A model generated the notes under the pieces. The model was not told where the DNA came from. It saw only the letters and a program-made list of their open reading frames with translations, and searched no databases. Both the position numbers and the translations under genes were made by a program. A DNA stretch of 5,744 nucleotides from Leidyana gryllorum EB-2025a (Eukaryota > Protista > Apicomplexa), in contig JBLWGC010000059.1 in assembly GCA_048772705.1 (NCBI GenBank), forward strand, positions 1 through 5,744. Direction: 5' to 3'. How positions within the stretch are numbered: position 1 is the stretch's first letter; each line of letters begins with the position of its first letter. Below are positions 1 to 5,396 of the stretch, piece after piece.

Positions 1-75
1 CCTTTCATTTGAGATTCCAAGCACAGAAAACGCGTCGAGCGGTGAGCCAACAACATTCCGGCAAGATGGCCGAGT
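1..75. repeat. Module F: Leu upstream spacer; direct copy at 5024-5099, diverged inverted copy at ~2241-2320
   Basis: CCTTTCATTTGAGATTCCAAGCACAGAAAACGCGTCGAGCGGTGAGCCAAC vs CCTTCCATTTTGAGATTCCAAGGATAGAAAACGCGTGGAGCGGCGAGCCAAC. Confidence 0.9.
60..75 (+). pseudogene. tRNA-Leu 5' fragment
   Basis: GGCAAGATGGCCGAGT matches the 5' end of the Leu genes at 5084 and 2256. The upstream flank 1-59 matches 5024-5083. Homology stops in the D-loop. Confidence 0.75.
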
Positions 76-82
76 TGTTTAG

Positions 83-208
83 CATAGTGAGACGAGTCTC
101 TCGACTGTACCCAGCGGGTTGAACCCCCGGCTAGGCGGCTGTTTGGTCTAGTGGTATGATCCTTCCTTCGGGTGGAAGGAGTCCTGGGTTCGATTCCCAG
201 AACAGCCC
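83..208. repeat. Module E (Pro plus upstream flank); inverted copy at 3933-4057
   Basis: Shared CATAGT..TCTCTCGACTGTACCCA.CGG.TTG and the Pro gene. Confidence 0.9.
137..208 (+). tRNA. trnP: tRNA-Pro(CGG)
   Basis: Acceptor GGCTGTT/AACAGCC, anticodon arm CTTCC-TT-CGG-GT-GGAAG, T arm CTGGG-TTCGATT-CCCAG; 72 nt. Confidence 0.95.
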
Positions 209-360
209 TCTTGGCCGTCGGTTGACCCGATGGGATGAGCAGTTCTGAGACCTGTCAGGATGGAAAGAGAAATGGACCCGATTACCAGAAAAGCTCATTT
301 TGGTGTTGACCTGACATCCCACTCCTTTTCAGGATGGTACGGCTCTCGCCCAAAGCGTGC

Positions 361-424
361 ACCCGCGCGGACCAGGCCCAATAGAATTCAAATCCACCAC
401 CCCTACCCACTCGGGCAAGTTGGC
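361..424 (-). pseudogene. tRNA-Ser(TGA) pseudogene, 3' truncated
   Basis: Reverse complement GCCAACTTGCCCGAGTGGGTAGGGGTGGTGGA-TT-TGA-AT-TCTATTGGGCCTGGTCCGCGCGGGT aligns with Ser(AGA) at 3311, including its upstream flank. T-loop and 3' acceptor strand are missing. Confidence 0.8.
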
Positions 425-512
425 AACTGTCGAACTCGGGATGCCGCGAGGAGTGGCCCCACATGCGGCTGCGGTGAGTGCTTATTTTCACCGCGTTTCA
501 AGACTTTTTAGC

Positions 513-585
513 GCCTCGGTAGCTCAGTTGGGAGAGCGCCAGACTGAAGATCTGGAAGTCCCGTGTTCGATCCACGGCCGAGGCA
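513..585 (+). tRNA. trnF: tRNA-Phe(GAA)
   Basis: GCCTCGG/CCGAGGC acceptor, GCTC/GAGC D stem, CCAGA-CT-GAA-GA-TCTGG, CCGTG-TTCGATC-CACGG; 73 nt. Confidence 0.97.
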
Positions 586-690
586 GAGAGATTGTGACAT
601 CTGGTGTCACCCCTCGCACCCGTGCGAGCGTTCTGCCCCTCAGCTAATAAGCAGGCCCTGTCTCGATCACATGAGGGTATGGCTGAGACC

Positions 691-746
691 GGCTAGGATA
701 TGCGGCTCTCGCTCGCACGGTTCGGGTTGAAGTCCCGGCAGTGGAA
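691..746 (+). pseudogene. tRNA-Glu(CTC) pseudogene, 5' truncated
   Basis: GGCTAGGATATGCGGCTCTCGCTCGCACGGTTCGGGTTGAAGTCCCGGCAGTGGAA matches the Glu gene at 1666-1738 from the D-loop onward. T-loop is mutated (TTGAAGT). Confidence 0.85.
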
Positions 747-822
747 GTCATTAGAATACTCGATCAAAGTGCTCTGATAACTTGCGTAAATAGGGACTGA
801 TGCGTGATTCCCGGTTTGCATT

Positions 823-894
823 GCCTTCTTAGCTCAGGGGCAGAGCATTCGCTTAGTAAGCGAAAGGTCGCCGGTTCGACTCCGGCAGAAGGCT
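823..894 (+). tRNA. trnT: tRNA-Thr(AGT)
   Basis: GCCTTCT/AGAAGGC acceptor, TTCGC-TT-AGT-AA-GCGAA, GCCGG-TTCGACT-CCGGC; 72 nt. Confidence 0.95.
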
Positions 895-950
895 CGACTG
901 CATCGACTGGGCACCTGCAAGCTTATCGCAAACTCCCATCATCGTAGCTG

Positions 951-1010
951 AGCCTCGTAGCTCAGCCATCAGAGTCTCTTAGCCACTAAGCCGCAGGTTT
1001 GGAACCTGCC
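951..1010 (+). pseudogene. degenerate tRNA-Asn-like remnant
   Basis: AGCCTCGTAGCTCAGCCATCAGAGT...TTAGCCACTAAGCCGCAGGTTTGGAACCTGCC aligns with Asn at 1857 (GTAGCTCAG, CAGAGT, TTAACCACAAAGTCGCAGGTTCGAAACCTGCC), with a deletion in the anticodon arm. Confidence 0.7.
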
Positions 1011-1032
1011 ACTACCTGAGGCATCCACAGGG

Positions 1033-1104
1033 GGCTGTTTGGTCTAGTGGTATGATTCTTCCTTCGGGTGGAAGAAGTCCTGGGTTCGATTCCCACAACA
1101 GCCC
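1033..1104 (+). tRNA. trnP: tRNA-Pro(CGG), one T-stem mismatch
   Basis: Same fold as 137-208. T stem CTGGG/CCCAC has a C.C mismatch. Confidence 0.88.
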
Positions 1105-1190
1105 GTCTGATAGTTGTTGACGCAACACGGCACTCGACCCATCCCGGACAGCTAAGACAGCTCAACAGGCTGCAACCCGGCCATTCGCCC

Positions 1191-1263
1191 AGACGCTACT
1201 GGGACTCGAACCCAGAATCCCCGGTTCCGTAGACCGATGCCATATCCATTAGGCCATAGCGCC
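1191..1263 (-). tRNA. trnR: tRNA-Arg(ACG)
   Basis: GGCGCTA/TAGCGTC acceptor, TCGGT-CT-ACG-GA-ACCGG, CTGGG-TTCGAGT-CCCAG; 73 nt. Confidence 0.94.
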
Positions 1264-1384
1264 GACTAGCGGAGCCGTCAAATGGAAGTGTGTAGCGATC
1301 AAGAGAGGACATGGGCAGCTACGCCCGATGGTGGGTCTGGACAGACTTCACCTACATCTCCCATTCGAGACATCGGGGACATAC

Positions 1385-1456
1385 TATCCAAGCCAGGATT
1401 CGGGCCTGGGTATGCACGGCCACAACTTGCTGTTGTAAGCACTAGACGACCCGGAC
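1385..1456 (-). pseudogene. tRNA-His(GTG) pseudogene
   Basis: GTCCGGG/CTTGGAT acceptor, GCAAG-TT-GTG-GC-CGTGC anticodon arm. T-loop is CCCGAAT instead of TTCGAAT, and the D-loop GG is lost. Confidence 0.8.
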
Positions 1457-1532
1457 AATCTTCAAGTGAGGCTGGTGGGTACCAAAGCCACTTTAGATGT
1501 CAGGCTATCGGGTTTTGTGTCCTTGCTTTCCT

Positions 1533-1605
1533 GCCGCCCTAGCTCAGTCGGTAGAGCGCAAGACTCTTAATCTTGCAGTCGCGGGTTCGAGCCCCGCGGG
1601 CGGTG
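1533..1605 (+). tRNA. trnK: tRNA-Lys(CTT)
   Basis: GCCGCCC/GGGCGGT acceptor, CAAGA-CT-CTT-AA-TCTTG, GCGGG-TTCGAGC-CCCGC; 73 nt. Confidence 0.96.
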
Positions 1606-1665
1606 TGGATCTATATCCCTGGAAGTAAGAATGGAACTGTTGCCTGCAAGCGCACTCAGCTGGAT

Positions 1666-1738
1666 TTCCACTGCCGGGACTTGAACCCGGATCGTGCGGG
1701 TGAGAGCCGCATATCCTAGCCACTTAGACTACAGTGGA
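1666..1738 (-). tRNA. trnE: tRNA-Glu(CTC)
   Basis: TCCACTG/CAGTGGA acceptor, TGCGG-CT-CTC-AC-CCGCA, CCGGG-TTCAAGT-CCCGG; 73 nt. Confidence 0.95.
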
Positions 1739-1856
1739 CCACTCCCTCAGCTGCAGCTTTAGCCGAGAGCCGTATCCTTTTGACAAGACATGATTGCAGA
1801 ATCCTGCAGTAGAATAAGGGAGGATCTCTATACTAACCTCTGAAACATTGCAGCTG

Positions 1857-1929
1857 GGTCTTGTAGCTCAGTCGGCAGAGTGTGTGGCTGTTAACCACAA
1901 AGTCGCAGGTTCGAAACCTGCCAGGACCG
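1857..1929 (+). tRNA. trnN: tRNA-Asn(GTT)
   Basis: GGTCTTG/CAGGACC acceptor, TGTGG-CT-GTT-AA-CCACA, GCAGG-TTCGAAA-CCTGC; 73 nt. Confidence 0.94.
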
Positions 1930-2044
1930 GTTTCGGAGGCACACCAAACACTGAGTGCGCTGCTCTCCCAATGGCACTTCTGGTCTGCGACCCTTCAAAG
2001 ATGGAAGTTTGTTTGGGTCCCCCCACGTGCAGCCGTACGTACTT

Positions 2045-2116
2045 TGGACGACTTGGGTATCGATCCAGTACCTCTCGCATGCGAAGCGAGCGCTCTACAA
2101 TCTGAGCTAGTCGCCC
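2045..2116 (-). pseudogene. tRNA-Ala(CGC), probably a pseudogene
   Basis: GGGCGAC/GTCGTCC acceptor with G3.U70, CTCGC-TT-CGC-AT-GCGAG. D-loop GG is lost (AGATTGTA), and the T arm has a 1-nt deletion and a substitution relative to the 4093 copy. Confidence 0.85.
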
Positions 2117-2176
2117 ATCCACTCTACATGGAAGACCTATTGCATCCAGTGGCTGACCGAGGGCCGATACAACGGC

Positions 2177-2256
2177 TGACAAGAGTGGGATTCGAACCCA
2201 CGCCCTCTCGGACTGCGGCCTTAACACAGCGCCTTGGACCACTCGGCCATCTTGGG
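2177..2256 (-). tRNA. trnL: tRNA-Leu(AAG), acceptor positions 1-2 unpaired
   Basis: CTGTG-TT-AAG-GC-CGCAG, long variable arm, GTGGG-TTCGAAT-CCCAC. Acceptor CCCAAGA/TCTTGTC has two terminal mismatches, so function is uncertain. Confidence 0.8.
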
Positions 2257-2351
2257 CAGAGTCTTCTTGGCTCGTCACTTCACAAGTTTTCTGTTCTTGG
2301 ATTCTGGATATGGAAAGACTTTTGGGGTTGGATGCCGGCGTGTTCAGAGCG

Positions 2352-2422
2352 TCCGAGATAGTATAGCGGTTGGGATTCCGTCTGTCACGCGGAAGACCCG
2401 GGTTCGATTCCCGGTCTCGGAG
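2352..2422 (+). tRNA. trnD: tRNA-Asp(GTC), degenerate D arm
   Basis: TCCGAGA/TCTCGGA acceptor, TCCGT-CT-GTC-AC-GCGGA, intact T arm. D arm is substituted and 1 nt shorter than the 4917 copy; may be a pseudogene. Confidence 0.8.
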
Positions 2423-2477
2423 CACAGTTGATTTCGCTTAAGATTCTTCCCTTTGGTTCCCGCTGAAAGTTGCGAGC

Positions 2478-2548
2478 TACAGCGAGCGAGGATCGAACTC
2501 GGGACCTTCTGCGTGTGAAGCAGACGTCATGACCACTGACCCAGTTGC
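2478..2548 (-). pseudogene. tRNA-Val(CAC) pseudogene
   Basis: TCTGC-TT-CAC-AC-GCAGA arm and T-loop are retained. Acceptor and 5' region are disrupted relative to Val(AAC) at 3653 and 4789. Confidence 0.85.
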
Positions 2549-2564
2549 ACTGTTCATCCAAGCG

Positions 2565-2596
2565 AGGAAAAATCATACCTGCAGACCAAACAGTCC
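2565..2596 (-). pseudogene. tRNA-Pro 5' fragment
   Basis: Reverse complement GGACTGTTTGGTCTGCAGGTATGATTTTTCCT matches the 5' half of the Pro(CGG) genes. Confidence 0.75.
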
Positions 2597-2699
2597 CCTG
2601 GTCGGCCTGCCCGGTTACGGCACTCACAGGTGTCAAATCAGTCCGCATCCCAAGAACCACATTGTGGCTTCCTTCACAATATCGGACGCTGGAATTGTG

Positions 2700-2740
2700 A
2701 AACTCAGTGCGAGAGTTTGACTGCAGGGTCCGAGGTCTCC
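2700..2740 (+). pseudogene. tRNA-Cys(GCA)-like remnant
   Basis: AAACTCAGTGCGAGAG-TTTGA-CT-GCA-GG-GTCCG-AGGTC-TCC resembles the eukaryotic Cys core as I recall it (GCTCAGTGGTAGAGCATTTGACTGCAGATCAAGAGGTCCCC). No T-loop. Confidence 0.55.
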
Positions 2741-3012
2741 TGCAACACGGGTCTCTCTACTGATCTCTGAAATATTTTAAGTGGCTCCTGTGTATAGCAC
2801 CTAGTGTAGAGCGTTGGATTTGGGTCGGACAGAAAGCTCACTTCAATCATTGAAGCAGTTGCGCTTTTTCCCGAATGCTACCCACCGACAAAGGTGAGAT
2901 TCGAACTCACGCGGGTGAAACCCAACGGCTTAGCAGGCCGCCGCCTTAACCACTCGGCCACCTTGCCGAGAGCGGAACGGGCTACACCTTCCATCGGAAT
3001 CCCGTGCGAATT
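2741..3012. repeat. Module C (spacer plus Ser-GCT); inverted copy at ~4360-4627
   Basis: TGCAACACGGGTCTCTCTACT and AGAAAGCTCAC.TCAATCATTGAAGCA.TTGCGC are shared in inverted orientation. Confidence 0.92.
2886..2967 (-). tRNA. trnS: tRNA-Ser(GCT)
   Basis: GGCAAGG/CTTTGTC acceptor, GCGGC-CT-GCT-AA-GCCGT, long variable arm GGGT-TTC-ACCC, GTGAG-TTCGAAT-CTCAC, G73; 82 nt. Confidence 0.96.
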
Positions 3013-3042
3013 GGCCAGTGACTCTTCACCTCAACATTCTGA

Positions 3043-3070
3043 GTCCGCGGTTGGAGCCCAGGCGTGACCA
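3043..3070 (+). pseudogene. tRNA-Ile 3' fragment
   Basis: GTCCGCGGTTGGAGCCCAGGCGTGACCA matches the 3' end of Ile at 5665-5738. The downstream flank is also shared. Confidence 0.75.
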
Positions 3071-3169
3071 AGAGAGTGGATCTTGATACAGAGTTGCCCT
3101 CAACCCGAGCAAGCCCCATAATTCCACGACCAATACGGATGAAATCCGGTATAAGGTCCGAGCTTCCTT

Positions 3170-3212
3170 GTCACCCAGCTCAGTCGGTAGAGCGCCAGCC
3201 TTTGAACTTTTG
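3170..3212 (+). pseudogene. tRNA-Lys-like 5' remnant
   Basis: CAGCTCAGTCGGTAGAGCGC matches the D arm of Lys at 1533. The anticodon region is scrambled (CTTTGAACTTTTGAA). Syntenic with 5527-5564. Confidence 0.65.
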
Positions 3213-3310
3213 AAGGGAGAACGCCGGGTTCGGGTCGCCCGAGAAGTCCTAGTCAAGCTTGCTGAACCGTATGTGAAGCCACTGGCCGCAAAATGCCAAG
3301 TCCGACAGGT

Positions 3311-3391
3311 GGCAACTTGCCCGAGTGGTTAAGGGGGTAGACTAGAAATCTACTGGGCCTAGCCCACGCTGGTCAAATCCAGCAGTTGTCG
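3311..3391 (+). tRNA. trnS: tRNA-Ser(AGA), 1-nt T-loop deletion
   Basis: GGCAACT/AGTTGTC acceptor, GTAGA-CT-AGA-AA-TCTAC, variable arm GGGC-CTA-GCCC. T-loop is TCAAAT (6 nt), which damages the B box; could be a recent pseudogene or a sequencing error. Confidence 0.85.
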
Positions 3392-3441
3392 TGCGATGTG
3401 ATTGGAGGGGCAGACCTCAATCAACCATCTGCCATCTTCTC

Positions 3442-3512
3442 CGCATCTGCCGGGAATTGAACCTGGGTCGTCTCGGTGGCAACGACTTAGTCAACCACTA
3501 GACCGCAGATGC
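3442..3512 (-). pseudogene. tRNA-Gly(GCC) pseudogene
   Basis: GCATCTG/CAGATGC acceptor, GCC anticodon. U8 is changed to C; anticodon stem AGTCG/CGAGA and T stem CCAGG/CCCGG are mismatched. Confidence 0.85.
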
Positions 3513-3652
3513 GTGACACCTCCATTCCTGAATACAAAGCGAAGGGTCTTAATTACTCCAGGCCGTCCAACTTAGGCCAGCACATGAAAACCAGGCTCAT
3601 CGGACACGTGTTTCCAGAGACACACGCCCCTTTCGCAGTCCGGAGGCTCGGT

Positions 3653-3725
3653 GCAGCCATGGTCTAGTGGTTACGACGTCTGCTTAACACGCAGAAGGTC
3701 CCGAGTTCGATCCTCGGTGGCTGTA
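3653..3725 (+). tRNA. trnV: tRNA-Val(AAC)
   Basis: GCAGCCA/TGGCTGT acceptor, TCTGC-TT-AAC-AC-GCAGA, CCGAG-TTCGATC-CTCGG; 73 nt. Confidence 0.95.
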
Positions 3726-3783
3726 GCCCGCAACTTTCAGAATGATAGCATGATGAGTATGTCGGCGGTTCCGATTCCGACCG

Positions 3784-3856
3784 TGGGAGTGGAGAGGATC
3801 GAACTCTAGACTTCAGGGTTATGAGACCTACGCGCTACCGACTGCGCTACACTCCC
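3784..3856 (-). tRNA. trnM: elongator-type tRNA-Met(CAT)
   Basis: GGGAGTG/CACTCCC acceptor (G1:C72, not initiator A1:U72), TAGGT-CT-CAT-AA-CCCTG, T-loop TTCGATC. One mismatch each in the anticodon and T stems. Confidence 0.88.
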
Positions 3857-3932
3857 CCTCCGACTTTCTCCGAGGAATCACCCGAACCCAGAACCATGCT
3901 GCCAGGCAGGTTGGGTCAAGATGCAACAAACC

Positions 3933-4004
3933 GGGCTGTTCTGGGAATCGAACCCAGGACTTCTTCCACCCGAAGGAAGAATCATACCACTAGACCAAAC
4001 AGCC
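3933..4004 (-). tRNA. trnP: tRNA-Pro(CGG)
   Basis: Intact copy with fully paired acceptor, anticodon and T stems; near-identical to 137-208. Confidence 0.96.
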
Positions 4005-4092
4005 GCCTGTAGGTGGTGCAATCCGTTGGGTACAGTCGAGAGAGTGGTCATACTATGTCGAGAACCAAGAAATGCGATGCGGTCTGCACAGC

Positions 4093-4165
4093 GGGCGACT
4101 AGCTCAAATGGTATGGCGCTCGCTTAGCATGCGAGAGGTACTGGGATCGATGCCCAGGTCGTCCA
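4093..4165 (+). tRNA. trnA: tRNA-Ala(AGC)
   Basis: GGGCGAC/GTCGTCC acceptor with the G3.U70 identity pair, CTCGC-TT-AGC-AT-GCGAG, T arm CTGGG-ATCGATG-CCCAG (A54). D stem 3' strand is TGGC instead of GAGC. Confidence 0.9.
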
Positions 4166-4268
4166 AACATACATACGGCTGCACGTGGAGGGATCCAAAC
4201 CAACCTTACATCTTTGAAGGGTCGCAGACCACAAGTGCCATTGGGAGAGCCGCGCAGTCAGTGTTTGG

Positions 4269-4309
4269 TGGTTAACAGCCGCACGCTCTGCCGACTGAGC
4301 TACAAGGCC
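4269..4309 (-). pseudogene. tRNA-Asn(GTT) 5' half, 3' deleted
   Basis: GGCCTTGTAGCTCAGTCGGCAGAGCGTGCGGCTGTTAACCA is joined directly to the downstream spacer; 46-nt deletion relative to 1857-1944. Confidence 0.9.
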
Positions 4310-4405
4310 CAGCTACAATGGTTCAGAGGTTAGTAGAGAGACCCTCCTCTTCCTACAACAGTTCGTACGGGGTGCCCGAGGGAAGGTGTAATCAGTTACA
4401 CTCTC

Positions 4406-4487
4406 GGCAAGGTGGCCGAGCGGTTAAGGCGGCGGCCTGCTAAGCCGTTGGGTTTTACCCGCGTGAGTTCGAATCTCACCCTTGTCG
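4406..4487 (+). tRNA. trnS: tRNA-Ser(GCT)
   Basis: GGCAAGG/CCTTGTC acceptor; same fold as 2886-2967; 82 nt. Confidence 0.96.
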
Positions 4488-4650
4488 GTAGCATTCGCGG
4501 ACAGCGCAATTGCTTCAATGATTGAGGTGAGCTTTCTCTCCGACTCGAATCCAACTCTTTACGCTGGGGGCTGTAAACAAGAGCCAGTTACAATACTTCA
4601 GAGCTTAGTAGAGAGACCCGTGTTGCATGTGGCCAGTTGAGGGAGCGCTA

Positions 4651-4724
4651 GTCCGGTTGCGTCCTAGGTGGTTAGCACTGGACACTTTGGATTTCCCGAC
4701 CTGGGTTCGATCCCAACCCGACCC
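4651..4724 (+). pseudogene. tRNA-Gln(TTG) pseudogene
   Basis: Gln-typical GGTTAGCACT, anticodon arm GGACA-CT-TTG-GA-TTTCC, T arm CTGGG-TTCGAT-CCCAA. Acceptor is degenerate; ends are approximate. Confidence 0.7.
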
Positions 4725-4788
4725 TTGAACTGGTCCTCACTACTCCCTGAAGCTTCGCCACTTCTTTTGGGCTGCGGGGACCATCGAT

Positions 4789-4861
4789 GCAGCCATGGTC
4801 TAGTGGTTACGACGTCTGCTTAACACGCAGAAGGTCCCGCGTTCGATCCTCGGTGGCTGTA
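4789..4861 (+). tRNA. trnV: tRNA-Val(AAC), one T-stem mismatch
   Basis: Identical to 3653-3725 except CCGCG instead of CCGAG in the T stem. Confidence 0.9.
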
Positions 4862-4916
4862 GCTTGCAACCTTCAGCGGGAACCAAAGCAGAGAATCTTA
4901 AGCGAACCCAGCTTTG

Positions 4917-4988
4917 CTCCGAGACCGGGAATCGAACCCGGGTCTTCCGCGTGACAGGCGGAAATACTCACCACTATACTATCTCGGA
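4917..4988 (-). tRNA. trnD: tRNA-Asp(GTC)
   Basis: TCCGAGA/TCTCGGA acceptor, GTAT/GTAT D stem, TCCGC-CT-GTC-AC-GCGGA, CCGGG-TTCGATT-CCCGG; 72 nt. Confidence 0.96.
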
Positions 4989-5083
4989 CGCTACTAAACA
5001 CGCCGGCCTCCAACCCCAGAAGTCCTTCCATTTTGAGATTCCAAGGATAGAAAACGCGTGGAGCGGCGAGCCAACACAGTCCC

Positions 5084-5163
5084 GTCAAGATGGCCGAGTG
5101 GTCTGAGGCGCTGTGCCTAAACCGGAGTCCGAAAGGGCGTGGGTTCGAATCCCACTTTTGCCA
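5084..5163 (+). pseudogene. tRNA-Leu pseudogene (anticodon positions read TAA)
   Basis: Colinear with Leu at 2177-2256. Anticodon arm CTGTG-CC-TAA-AC-CGGAG lacks U33 and has a G.G mismatch. Acceptor GTCAAGA/TTTTGCC has a mismatch. Confidence 0.85.
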
Positions 5164-5199
5164 GGTTGCGCCCTAAACGGGAAAAACATAGAGTCTGTT

Positions 5200-5270
5200 T
5201 GAGCCAGAGTGATTCGAAAACCTAACCATCTGATCTGGAGTCAGACGCGCTACCGTTGCGCCATAGGCCC
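5200..5270 (-). pseudogene. tRNA-Trp(CCA) pseudogene
   Basis: GGGCCTA-TG-GCGC-AACGGTA-GCGC, TCTGA-CT-CCA-GA-TCAGA are intact. T stem AGGTT/CACTC is largely unpaired and the 3' acceptor strand is 1 nt short. Confidence 0.85.
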
Positions 5271-5325
5271 AAAACCATCCCCCGCTCCAGACTCATTACT
5301 TTGTGGTCAGGGATGGACGTGTCAG

Positions 5326-5396
5326 GCATCTGTGGTCTAGTGGTACAATGTCTCGTTGCCATCGAGACGACCCGGGTGCGATTCCCGGCAGATGCA
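5326..5396 (+). tRNA. trnG: tRNA-Gly(GCC), T-loop U55G variant
   Basis: GCATCTG/CAGATGC acceptor, TCTCG-TT-GCC-AT-CGAGA, CCGGG-TGCGATT-CCCGG. The B-box substitution may inactivate it. Confidence 0.85.

Larger units (their letters stand above)
1805..2116. repeat. Module A (Asn+, Ala-); inverted copy at ~4093-4360
   Basis: Spacer CACCAAACACTGA.TGCGC.GCTCTCCCAATGGCACTT.TGGTCTGCGACCCTTCAAAGATG is shared in inverted orientation. Confidence 0.92.
2177..2548. repeat. Module B (Leu-, Asp+, Val-); inverted copy at 4789-5163
   Basis: Same three genes. Spacers TTCGCTTAAGATTCT..CTTTGGTTCCCGCTGAA.GTTGC and TGGGGTTGGA.GCCGGCGTGTT are shared. Confidence 0.92.
3043..3550. repeat. Module D (Ile, Lys remnant, Ser-AGA, Gly); inverted copy at ~5288-5692
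   Basis: Same gene order. AGTCAAGCTTGCTGAACCGTATGTGA and CAATCAACCAT.TGCCATCT are shared in inverted orientation. Confidence 0.92.

Noticed and set aside
291-310. Relict dinoflagellate spliced leader (AGCTCATTTTGG vs CCGTAGCCATTTTGGCTCAAG)
   Set aside because: The match is only about 8 contiguous nt and is expected by chance.
331-350. Extra Glu-like fragments (AGGATGGTACGGCTCTCGC, and the reverse of 1762-1778)
   Set aside because: Too short to call. They may be ancient Glu remnants, but no arm can be folded.
2250-2256. 5' tRNA editing (Thg1-like repair) of the Leu acceptor mismatches
   Set aside because: The copy at 60 has the pairing 5' end GGCAAGA and the other intact genes pair normally, so ordinary mutation is the simpler explanation.
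4005-4035. Intron-containing tRNA-Tyr remnant (CTGTAG-gtggtgca-ATCCGTTGG)
   Set aside because: No D or T arm, no anticodon stem, and the motif is not conserved in the paralogous flank at 100-136.
4163-4165. Apparent encoded CCA ends (Ala, Met, Ile)
   Set aside because: These CCA triplets are positions 71-73 (acceptor stem plus discriminator), not the 74-76 tail.
5084-5163. Possible amber (CTA) suppressor tRNA-Leu from the loop sequence GCCTAAAC
   Set aside because: Colinearity with the 2177 copy puts TAA at positions 34-36. The CTA register has no supporting stem and no U33.
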